Shown here one piece after another: positions 19,999 through 28,254 of a stretch of DNA of 32,000 bases. The notes below the pieces were generated by a model, which had not been told where the DNA came from, made no database searches, and saw only the letters and a list, made by a program, of their open reading frames with translations. Location of the stretch: NCBI RefSeq assembly GCF_000219355.1, contig NC_015722.1, forward strand, positions 570,001 to 602,000, written 5' to 3'. This DNA comes from Candidatus Midichloria mitochondrii IricVA. GTDB taxonomy: Bacteria > Pseudomonadota > Alphaproteobacteria > Rickettsiales > Midichloriaceae. Made by a program: the position numbers and the translations under genes. Position 1 is the stretch's first letter; each line of letters begins with the position of its first letter.

Positions 19999-20026
19999 TT
20001 GCAATTAGAAGATTTTTAAATATACT
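19999..20026 (+). promoter_or_regulatory. putative sigma70-type promoter for the tRNA-Gly/tRNA-Ala pair
   Basis: TTGCAA (19999-20004), a 16-nt spacer, then TATACT (20021-20026), 17 nt upstream of the tRNA-Gly 5' end. Confidence 0.5.
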
Positions 20027-20043
20027 GCCCTATGTCGTTTGAG

Positions 20044-20118
20044 GCGGGTGTAGCTCAGGGGTAGAGCGCAACCTTGCCAAGGTTGGGGCCGAGGGTTCGA
20101 ATCCCTTCGCCCGCTCCA
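20044..20118 (+). tRNA. tRNA-Gly (anticodon GCC)
   Basis: Folded by hand. The acceptor GCGGGTG pairs with CGCCCGC. D arm is GCTC-AGGGGTA-GAGC. Anticodon arm is CAACC-TTGCCAA-GGTTG. T arm is GAGGG-TTCGAAT-CCCTT. CCA is encoded. 75 nt. Confidence 0.92.
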
Positions 20119-20138
20119 TCTTCAACGTTTTTATATGT

Positions 20139-20214
20139 GGGGACATAGCTCAGCTGGTAGAGCACCTGCTTTGCAAGCAGGGGGTCATCGGTTCGATCCC
20201 GTTTGTCTCCACCA
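20139..20214 (+). tRNA. tRNA-Ala (anticodon UGC)
   Basis: The acceptor GGGGACA pairs with TGTCTCC and has the G3:U70 alanine identity pair. Anticodon arm is CCTGC-TTTGCAA-GCAGG. The T loop is TTCGATC, with one U-U mismatch in the T stem. CCA is encoded. 76 nt. Confidence 0.9.
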
Positions 20215-20515
20215 CTTTTCTCTAGCGTTTCATAGATTTCTATTGTTTGTAAGTGAGTCGCGTGTTCTACGTATGTTCTACATTTTGGCTCGAAGAAAAT
20301 GAGTATTTTGTCAACAACACCAGAATCCCGTTACCTTTATTAGTTTTGAAGACATAAAGTTCTCTGATTTTACTAAAGCTTATGACAATATTGCCCAGCT
20401 GATATTATACCATGTCTCATTTTTAACTGATCCAAACGTTCAAGTAGGACCTCAGCTTTGCGCACGTACTAACGTGTACACTTACGCAGCCTCGTCCTCC
20501 TAAACATTTGTCTAA

Positions 20516-21538
20516 TACCATTTTTATAAAATAACTTTACAGATATACCAAGCGTTATTATGCTGTTATCATAGGATCGGAGTGTATTAAACCTGGAGGT
20601 GCCTATGTCTTGTGTTAGCGAAGCTGTGAGCGATCGTGTTTACGATAAAGCAAATTTGATGTGCTCTAAAAGAAGTTGCGCGTAGTGGAGATGTCTCGAG
20701 GAAGCTGCAAGCAATAAAGTCAGCTAAGGAGCATGAGATTCAAAAGGTGGCAAAAAGTTTTTGGCGTTAGTGGGGTTGCGCTCATGTCCTGGATTAAAGC
20801 CTTTGAAAAGGATGGTATAGAGGAGGTTTGAAATTGCAAACCGGTAGGGGGCTTTGTGCCTTGTGATAAGTAAGGATGAGCAAGAAATAATTAAAGAGTG
20901 GATTTTTTCAAGATTGCAATTTAACTATTAAGGTGGTGAAACTCAGGATTGAAGGGAAGTTCAGAAAGAACATTGGTATAACTACAAACGCATAAACTAA
21001 TGAAAAGTCTAGGGTTCTCATGTGTCACAGCCGCGCTCTCGTCACTATAAGCAAGATCAGCACCCACACAAGGAAGAGGACTTTAAAAAAAACTAAAGTC
21101 GTTGTGCTCTGAAGAGGCTGCAAGAATAGTTCTCTTTTTTGATGAGGCAAAATTTGGCACGCATTCTAAGCTTTGCCGTGGATGGTTTATGACAAGCTCT
21201 AGGACTTCTGTAAATGTCAAAGTTGGGCTTTAAGAGCTTTTATCTTTACGGTGCCATCAATCCTAAGAATGGGGAGAAACTTTGCGCTGGATGGCATAAA
21301 TCTAAAGGATTGGTTGTGCCACCAAACATAAAAAATCATATTTACCTCACTATTCGTCAGAACTACCCAGTAGAACGGCTTTGGAGATACATAAAGCACA
21401 TACTCTATTAGAAATAAAGTATGATATTAGATGCTTTGGAAACAACGGTATCAGACTTTCTAATAAACCTAAAAAGGCATACTATTTACTCCCTATGCTA
21501 TCTACATTATCTGTAAACTTATTTTATGAAAAATGGTA
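20516..21538 (+). mobile_element. IS630/Tc1-mariner-family insertion sequence, transposase heavily degraded
   Basis: The terminal IRs are taccatttttataaaataactttacagata (20516-) and the reverse complement of 21508-21538, taccatttttcataaaataagtttacagata (one indel, one mismatch). Both ends sit at TA. The interior shows ..FFDEAKFGTHSKL.., ..KLGFKSFYLYGAINPKNGEK.. and ..YPVERLWRYIKH.. in different frames with many stops. Confidence 0.8.
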
Positions 21539-21561
21539 CGACTCCTCCTCTGGATTCTTTT

Positions 21562-21786
21562 TTATGGCATTATAGCTGGTAACAGCTCTAGGTTAATATC
21601 GGATAGGAAACAGTGCTTAAACTTATCCTGCACCTGGAAGAATAATAGGGCTCCACCACCGAGAAATGGCTCATAATAGTTATGTAACCCTGATGGAATA
21701 AGTTTAGCTAATTGTTCTGCAATCTTTCTTTTCCCACCAACCCATTGTAAGAATGGCTGCACCTTATTTAAATTATTTACTGACAT
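21562..21786 (-). pseudogene. dam: N-terminal stump (74 aa) of a Dam-type (D12 class) N6-adenine DNA methyltransferase
   Basis: QPFLQWVGGKRKIAEQLAKLIP...YYEPFLGGGALLFF...LSDINLEL matches the Dam N-terminal AdoMet-binding region (PFLKWAGGKR..EPFxGGGA..DxN). Full-length enzymes are about 270 aa. The reading frame dies 24 bp from the IS630 end. Confidence 0.75.
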
Positions 21787-21798
21787 AAATTGATACAG

Positions 21799-21834
21799 GC
21801 TTAATTTATACTATGGTCATAGTATAAATTAAGC
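21799..21834. promoter_or_regulatory. perfect 17-bp inverted repeat with 2-nt spacer (operator-like palindrome) just upstream of the dam stump
   Basis: GCTTAATTTATACTATG-GT-CATAGTATAAATTAAGC, read directly. Each arm contains a TATACT -10-like hexamer facing outward. It lies 13 bp from the dam ATG. Confidence 0.6.
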
Positions 21835-22021
21835 TTAAATGCCAGTAAATACTACACTTCAAGGTTTTTTTGGCGTATTAATGATAGCAAAATAGATGAA
21901 GGATTTAAGGTGAGTTATTCAAAAGCACTAAAAGTTTAGTAAAAAAACTTGACAATTGATTAGAAGCATCATCTATTTTACACTGCCGCGTTATTTGTGC
22001 AATCCATCATCGAGGAGTTGT

Positions 22022-22117
22022 ATGAGAAATCAGTGTTGTAGTCCTAGTGTCGTTGAAAGTGATATTAATCTTGAAGAGGTAGGTCAGGAGCTAGGCGTAT
22101 ATATAAAGGGGGGATAA
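22022..22117 (+). CDS. possible small ORF (31 aa), perhaps the remnant of an HTH-protein gene
   Basis: GAGGAG SD (22012-22017) lies 4 nt before the ATG. TTGACA at 21949-21954 has only a weak -10 (TATTTT, 19-nt spacer). The peptide is MRNQCCSPSVVESDINLEEVGQELGVYIKGG. Too short to call with confidence. Confidence 0.2.
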   Translation: MRNQCCSPSVVESDINLEEVGQELGVYIKGG

Positions 22118-22496
22118 GTTAAACTATTTTTATTGCTATACCCCCACCGCTACCCCTGGGAGGCTTTTTGGTAAGAGTCAGTTAGCTAAGTTCTTGGTCA
22201 TAGATGCTTGCGGAGAATAAATATTAACAGGTCTAGGGAGGAGGTTGAACTAAGCTATCAAGAACTAGAAAATTTGGTATATCTCACCCGCTGGGCCCAT
22301 CGCAAGCGCTAGCCTACGTAAATAAAACCAGAAAATCGGTTGAAATATATTTAAAATTACGTCAGGAGCTAATGGATAAAACTATTCTAAATCTGTTAAG
22401 GTAAACGTTGAATTAGCTATTAATTAATGAGCTAAAAACCAAAGGCGACCCAGCATCTTTACTTGCTGTTAAGTTAATTGAAGCAATGTCTTTAGT

Positions 22497-23266
22497 TAAC
22501 CTCAGTTTGACGTAAGGAGTATGCCCGTGAGCCTATTTTTCCATGAGATATATTGGGTTTGAAGACATAAACCAAGAGCCCTGAGAAAGAGGTCTGCCAA
22601 GAAATTGTTTGGCGAGCGATGCCGGTGTGTGCTGGATTTGTCAAATCTCTTTCAATTGTCCGATGGCTGTTTCAATCAACCCACGCCCTGCAAGAAGCAG
22701 TTGTTTAAAAGCCGCAAGCGGGTTTTGTTTTTCTTAAGCCGTGTGATGAGCTCAATACCTTGATTGCTCAGTGTTTTTGCTTATATACCACCGATCTCCG
22801 AATAGAAGGCCTGTCAAATATTGAGTCAGTTTCTCGACAACGGCTCGATCATCTGTATTACCCGAAGTCAGTGTGAATGACATAATCTCTCCTTGATCAT
22901 TGAGGCCAAAGAACCATCCGGGTCGACGTTTTCCCACGCTGAGTGATGTCTTTAAAGACCTTATTACGGCTAATGTTTAGGTAAAAATCTTTGAATCCGG
23001 TAATGCCCTCAAATGAAACAAAACGAGGATCGTTATAACTTCGGAGAGCATCATCCCAGACTCTCGTTCCCTTTGTCTCTGCGAGTTTCTTAAGGATCTT
23101 TGGTACGTGAGTTGTCGCTTGCAAAAATCATCAATCAAACAAAATATTTCTACTAGGGAAACCACTTTCCTTATTTATCGTGAAATTGAGAAAAACTTAA
23201 TGGTTACACAGCTTCTTTAAAACCATATCAGATAATTTCTTTAAAACTTACCTAAAACTGGGGTTA
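22497..23266 (-). mobile_element. IS982-family element, copy C (both IRs retained, about 190-bp internal deletion, frameshifts)
   Basis: The IRs are taacctcagtttgacgtaagg (22497-) and ..cttacctaaaactggggtta (ending at 23266). Fragments include VEIFCLIDDFCK.., ..LSEVITILVLFH.., ..GFKDFYLNISRNKVFKDITQRGK.. and ..GWFFGLNDQGEIMSFTLTSGNTDDRAVVEKL... It lacks the FPKLVSYNRFVEL segment that copy A retains. Confidence 0.75.
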
Positions 23267-23335
23267 AATAATACGCCTACAACTAATAATCCCATCAAGC
23301 GTCTTCCTTCTAATATCAACCTTTGCTTAGGAAAT

Positions 23336-24322
23336 TTAGCATAAAATTATCGAATTAATATTTTGCCCAGACTCGATTAAATCATGAGCTTCAGAAACAT
23401 CTGCCAAATTAAAAGAAGCAGAAATTTGCTCTTTAAATAAACCGCTCTTCATTTTATCAAAGATTTCGTTTGCAGCTAAAACCAATTCCATTCTATTCAT
23501 CTTATAATCAAATACAGAGGGGATTGATAAAAACAAAGATTTAGACTCTAAATCACTTAAATTCACAGTAGCGACCTTGCCGCTGGATTCTCCAAAAAGC
23601 ACTAAAAATCCAAATTTAGAAAGCGCTCTGATGGAGTCATTAAATGTTTCCACTCCAACAGAATCGTATATAACCTTAACTCCCTTGCCTCCTGTTAAAT
23701 CTAAAACTCCCTTAACCCAATCTTCAGCCTTTCTATTAAATACTTGCATGCAGCCATTTTTTAGCGCTACTTCCTTTTTTGCATCCGTACCAACTGTCCC
23801 AATGACCTTTACCCCAGATGAAGATGCCCACTGTGTCATAATACTACCCACCCCACTTGCCGCAGAATGAATTAGAATAGTATCTTCAACCCTCACAAAA
23901 TATGTTCTAAACAGCAAGGTGTGAGCTAACAACCCCTTAAAAAGGCAAGCAGCAACCAAATGAGTATTCAACTCATCTGGAACGGCTATAACATAATTCT
24001 GGTCAACACATCTATGACTTCTATAGGCGCCTATAGGAGCAGTAGCATAAGCAACTTTTTGTCCAACGTTAAGACTACGCGCATTTGCTCCAACACTCTG
24101 CACGATTCCTGCAGCTTCAAAACCAAGAACGGTAGGAAGATTCTCTATCTTTTTGCGCCCTGACCTATAGAGTATATCATGATAGTTTACACCTATAGCT
24201 TCCTGTTTAATTAAAACCTCGTTGGGGCCAGGCTCTATATCTCGTAATTCAGATATTTTTAATATATCTGACGTCCCATAAGTATCAAAAACAACCGCTT
24301 TGGTCATAGAATAAGCTAACAC
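23336..24322 (-). CDS. qor: NADPH:quinone oxidoreductase (zeta-crystallin-like, MDR superfamily)
   Basis: 328 aa. It has the GroES-like N-domain (EVLIKQEAIGVNYHD) and the Rossmann motif IHSAASGVGS. Length is typical of Qor. Confidence 0.8.
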   Translation of the reverse strand: MLAYSMTKAVVFDTYGTSDILKISELRDIEPGPNEVLIKQEAIGVNYHDILYRSGRKKIENLPTVLGFEAAGIVQSVGANARSLNVGQKVAYATAPIGAYRSHRCVDQNYVIAVPDELNTHLVAACLFKGLLAHTLLFRTYFVRVEDTILIHSAASGVGSIMTQWASSSGVKVIGTVGTDAKKEVALKNGCMQVFNRKAEDWVKGVLDLTGGKGVKVIYDSVGVETFNDSIRALSKFGFLVLFGESSGKVATVNLSDLESKSLFLSIPSVFDYKMNRMELVLAANEIFDKMKSGLFKEQISASFNLADVSEAHDLIESGQNINSIILC

Positions 24323-25575
24323 AAAGTAAATTTTGCTCTTATATCTTCATAAGGCATTAACTTTTTAAGCCTACCAATCGCAGCAACAGTTGGCAATTTT
24401 TCATTTAATAATATTTTTAGTAATGTACTTTTTATATCTTCAATTGATATTGCCTCTATCCGCTCAATAATTTCTTCAAGAGGTATAATTCTTCCATATA
24501 CAGCATAATGCCAAGCAATTCTCTCCGCTCTCGAAGCCGAACTCTCTTGAGACATCAACAAACTTGCTTTCACTTGTGCCTTAGCTCTCTTTAATTCCTC
24601 TTCAGTAATGGAATCGGTGGCTAACTTTATCTGCTCAGCTGTTGCTTCGATTAACTCATTAACTGAGTCTGGATTAGTTGCTGAATATACAGCAAATACA
24701 CCAAGGTCAGCATAACTCATTGAAAAGGTTGAAATGTGGTAGGCAAGCCCTCTTTTTTCCCTTATTTCTTGGAATAACCTGGAAGACATGCCACCTCCTA
24801 AAACCACCGCTAAAACTTGCTGTTCATAAAATTTTTGATCAAGATAGGAAAGCCCTGGAAAGCCAATTGTTAAATGGACTTGTTCTAAGTCTTTTTCAAC
24901 CCTAACCTCGCCTCCAACATAAGTTGCGTGCTCAAAACTAGGCTTTCTACTCTGGGGAAGAAAGGCAAACTTTTCCTTAATTAAATTATAAAATTCTTTA
25001 TCATCAAAGTTACCTGCGCAAGAGATAACTATATTATCTCTACTATAGTTTTGATCTATATAATCAATCAAATCCTGACGCATCACGCTATTAATAAACT
25101 TCTCCGTCCCAATAATTGGTCTTCCAAGCGCTTGATTTGGAAAAAGTTTTTCTTGGAAGAGATCAAATATATGATCATCTGGAGTGTCCTTTACTTGAGC
25201 TAATTCTTCTAAAACAACTTTTTTTCTTTTTTGGATTTCTTCTGGCTCAAAAATTGAATTTTGCACTATATCGGCTAATACATCTACCGCTAATGCTAGA
25301 TCCCACTTAAGCACTTGAGCATAATAGACTGTTTTTTCTCTACTAGTATAAGCATTAAAATTACCGCCAATCATATCAAACTCTTCAGCAATTTGTGTAG
25401 CGGTACGCGTTTTAGTCCCCTTAAAGGCCATATGTTCCAGAAAATGAGAGATGCCATTATTAGTCTCGTTTTCATATCGACTGCCAGCCTTTACCATAAC
25501 TTTAATAGAGACCGTTTCCGCCGAACGCATATAATCGGTCACTATATTGAGCTTATCAACCACATAATGCTTCAT
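24316..25575 (-). CDS. M16-family zinc peptidase (mitochondrial-processing-peptidase-like)
   Basis: It has the inverted zinc motif HFLEHMAFKGT (HxxEH) and a downstream conserved Glu region. 419 aa. It overlaps the qor start by 7 nt. Confidence 0.85.
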   Translation of the reverse strand: MKHYVVDKLNIVTDYMRSAETVSIKVMVKAGSRYENETNNGISHFLEHMAFKGTKTRTATQIAEEFDMIGGNFNAYTSREKTVYYAQVLKWDLALAVDVLADIVQNSIFEPEEIQKRKKVVLEELAQVKDTPDDHIFDLFQEKLFPNQALGRPIIGTEKFINSVMRQDLIDYIDQNYSRDNIVISCAGNFDDKEFYNLIKEKFAFLPQSRKPSFEHATYVGGEVRVEKDLEQVHLTIGFPGLSYLDQKFYEQQVLAVVLGGGMSSRLFQEIREKRGLAYHISTFSMSYADLGVFAVYSATNPDSVNELIEATAEQIKLATDSITEEELKRAKAQVKASLLMSQESSASRAERIAWHYAVYGRIIPLEEIIERIEAISIEDIKSTLLKILLNEKLPTVAAIGRLKKLMPYEDIRAKFTLC

Positions 25576-25644
25576 AAAAGTATTTTAAATATCTATTTTG
25601 ATTGCATTATGCCAAACAAAATCAAGAGCGCAAGCCAAGATTCT

Positions 25645-26937
25645 TCAAAAAACAGTTTTTCTTAACAGGACCCGCTCTATTCTCCTTTTATCCATTTTAA
25701 CTATATTAAAAGACCAACCAACACTGTTAAAATGATCCCCTATCTTCGGTAACTGGCCGATCTGACTAAGCATAAAGCCAGCTAAGGTTCTATAGTCCTC
25801 TTCTTCATCGCCAGGAAGTGACGATACTCCGAGCAAGCTCATCACCTCTTCTATTAATATATTTCCGTTAACCGTGTAGGAATTATCAGAGTTTTTAATT
25901 ATATCAGGCGCTTTATCATTCATGCCGATTGCAAGATCGCCAACCAAAATCTTTAATACATCATTAAGCGTCACCAACCCTTCTATATCTCCATATTCAT
26001 CAACAACAAGAGCTATCCTCAACTTTTTTTCTCTAAACAAATCAATAAGCTTACTCACCCTTGCAGTCTCTGGAATATAAATAATTTCAGACCCTTGAGC
26101 TTTCTGAGAGATTTTTTGATTATTTAATTCATCTTTAGATATATTTTTAAATGTAGCTATTCCGATTACATCATTCAATCCACCCTCAACGACCGGCAAA
26201 TAATGGAAGGGGTGCCTGATTATTTTTTGAATATTAACCTTTTCTTTATCCCTAATATCAATCCAGATCATTTTATTGCGTGGAGTCATTATAGCACCGA
26301 CTTGAGCGTTACTAAGGTGAATAATACGGCGCAACATATCATGTTCCGTTGCAGCAAGCATACCAGCAACTTCAGACTGATTAACCATCATCCTTAATTC
26401 TTCCATGGTAAGCTGCGCTTTTGGCTCCTTAATTTTCAAAATTTTTAATGCATACTTAGTAGAAAGCGCAAGTAGCTTAACAAATGGATAAAAAAGTTTA
26501 GTGAAAAACAGCATTAGATAAGAAGTTAAAGAAGCAACCCTTTCTGGATAAAGCATGGCGATCCTTTTAGGTATTATTTCGCCCAGAACCGTAAAGTAAG
26601 TGATAAGAATCACAACCAATGCATAACTGATCTCTTCGCGGTATGGATATAAAATCCCAAATTTGCCTACTAAATTAGCTATATCTGCCGAAATTGCAGC
26701 CCCTCCATAAATGCCTATCATAACATTGATAAGAGTTATCCCCACTTGCACTGTTGAAAGAAAATCTTCCGGGCGACCCGCCAGATCAAGTGCTTTTCTA
26801 GCCCCTTTATTTTGCTTGCTTAGAGAATTAAGCCTACTTTTACGAGAGGCGACAATAGCAATTTCTGCACTGACAAATAAAGAGGTCATCATTATTAAAA
26901 TAATTAATATTGATGCATCCAAAAGAAAGTGAGCCAT
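25645..26937 (-). CDS. CNNM/HlyC-CorC-family membrane protein (DUF21 + CBS pair + CorC_HlyC), hemolysin-like
   Basis: 430 aa. It has an N-terminal 4-TM DUF21-like region, a central CBS-pair region (IMTPRNKMIWIDI.., PVVEGGLNDVIGI..) and a C-terminal transporter-associated domain (GDHF..GWSFNIVKMDKRRIERVLL). Confidence 0.8.
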   Translation of the reverse strand: MAHFLLDASILIILIMMTSLFVSAEIAIVASRKSRLNSLSKQNKGARKALDLAGRPEDFLSTVQVGITLINVMIGIYGGAAISADIANLVGKFGILYPYREEISYALVVILITYFTVLGEIIPKRIAMLYPERVASLTSYLMLFFTKLFYPFVKLLALSTKYALKILKIKEPKAQLTMEELRMMVNQSEVAGMLAATEHDMLRRIIHLSNAQVGAIMTPRNKMIWIDIRDKEKVNIQKIIRHPFHYLPVVEGGLNDVIGIATFKNISKDELNNQKISQKAQGSEIIYIPETARVSKLIDLFREKKLRIALVVDEYGDIEGLVTLNDVLKILVGDLAIGMNDKAPDIIKNSDNSYTVNGNILIEEVMSLLGVSSLPGDEEEDYRTLAGFMLSQIGQLPKIGDHFNSVGWSFNIVKMDKRRIERVLLRKTVF

Positions 26938-26940
26938 AAG

Positions 26941-27656
26941 TTACGTATTAGTTGGCGATAGACAAGAATCAAGGGCAATTCTATCATCAAAAATAAAGCA
27001 AGCGCCTTCCCACATATTATACTTATTGCGTTTCAAGTAATTAGTTATTCCACCTTGCAAATGATATACATTTTTTATAACCTAGCTTTTTTATATAAGC
27101 AGTAGATTTCTCACAACGCACTCCACTAGTGCAAAACATAGCAATGGGTGTCTCCAGATCTTTTTTATCTAAATTCTTTTCGATCCATTCAACTAAATCA
27201 GTGAAGTTATTTGTATTTGGACTAATTGCATTCTTAAAAGAGCCCATAGCCACCTCATAATAATTCCTAGCATCAACAACTTTCACATCACTTCTACTAA
27301 TAAAAGCATCCCAATCTTCTGGTTTAATATACTCCCCAGTATTAGACATGTCTAGATCCGGCACCTTAAAAGTAATAATTTCTGGCTTGATTTTGACCTT
27401 TAACTTTTGAAATGGCATAAATTCACAGCTACTATCTTGGAAAAAAAGGTTAGCAAAGTGTTGTAAAGAGCTCATAAAGGCATGAAACTCTTTTATTGCA
27501 TCTTCTTTTCCAACTACTGTAGCGTTGATACCCTCTTCAGCAATAAGTATAGTGCCCTTAATCGCCTTCTCGAGACAAAAATCCTTTAATAACTTTTGCA
27601 GCGATAAAGTATCGGAGATACGGACAAACTTGTAAAAAAGTTGAAATTGTATACAT
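26941..27656 (-). pseudogene. trhO: rhodanese-domain tRNA uridine(34) hydroxylase (UPF0176/YceA/TrhO family) with two single-base frameshifts
   Basis: ATG 27656 gives MYTIST. After a T6 run (plus-strand A6, 27634-27639) the reading continues as FYKFVRISDTLSLQKLLKDFCLEKAIKGTILIAEEGINATVVG..., joining ORF 27041..27475 (rhodanese active site CTSGVRCEK). After an A6 run (plus-strand T6, 27071-27076) the conserved tail [33 protein letters not shown] continues in another frame to the stop at 26941-26943. The 716-nt span minus 2 nt gives 238 codons. Confidence 0.8.
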
Positions 27657-27657
27657 A

Positions 27658-28185
27658 TTACTTCCTCTCTCGTTGAATTGCTTCACTAATAATTTTTTCC
27701 GCTGCTGCAGGTCCTTGCCAGCCGCTAATCCTAACCCATTTTCCTTTTTCTAAATCTTTATAATGAGAAAAGAAATGATTAATTTTCTGTATCAAAATCT
27801 CGGGCAAATCTTCGTATGACTTTATATTTGCAAAAAAAGGATCTATCTTCTCTGTTGGGACTGCTAACACTTTCTCATCACTTCCTTTCTCATCTTCAGT
27901 AACCAGCGCCCCTATTGGCTTTACAGATACTACCGCTCCAGGAACTATTAGATGGTTGGTATATACAAGAACATCAACAGGATCGCCGTCGCCAGACAAA
28001 GTATGAGGAATAAAGCCATAATTGCATGGGTACTGCATAGAACCTTGCATAATCCGATCCACACTCAACACCCCAGTCTCTTTATCGAACTCATATTTTA
28101 TGGAACCAGAATTTGCTGCTATCTCTATCATCACATTAACTTCATATGGCGGATTTTTACCAATTGATAATTTGTTGTAATTCAT
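27658..28185 (-). CDS. ppa: inorganic pyrophosphatase (family I)
   Basis: 175 aa. It has YEFDKETG, GDGDPVDVLV and DEKVLAV motifs. Its stop is 1 nt from the trhO ATG. Confidence 0.92.
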   Translation of the reverse strand: MNYNKLSIGKNPPYEVNVMIEIAANSGSIKYEFDKETGVLSVDRIMQGSMQYPCNYGFIPHTLSGDGDPVDVLVYTNHLIVPGAVVSVKPIGALVTEDEKGSDEKVLAVPTEKIDPFFANIKSYEDLPEILIQKINHFFSHYKDLEKGKWVRISGWQGPAAAEKIISEAIQRERK

Positions 28186-28254
28186 TAAGTTAAACTCTTA
28201 AATACCTTTATTTCGCATTTTATAAAAATGTGCAATAGTATCAAGTAATTTCTG

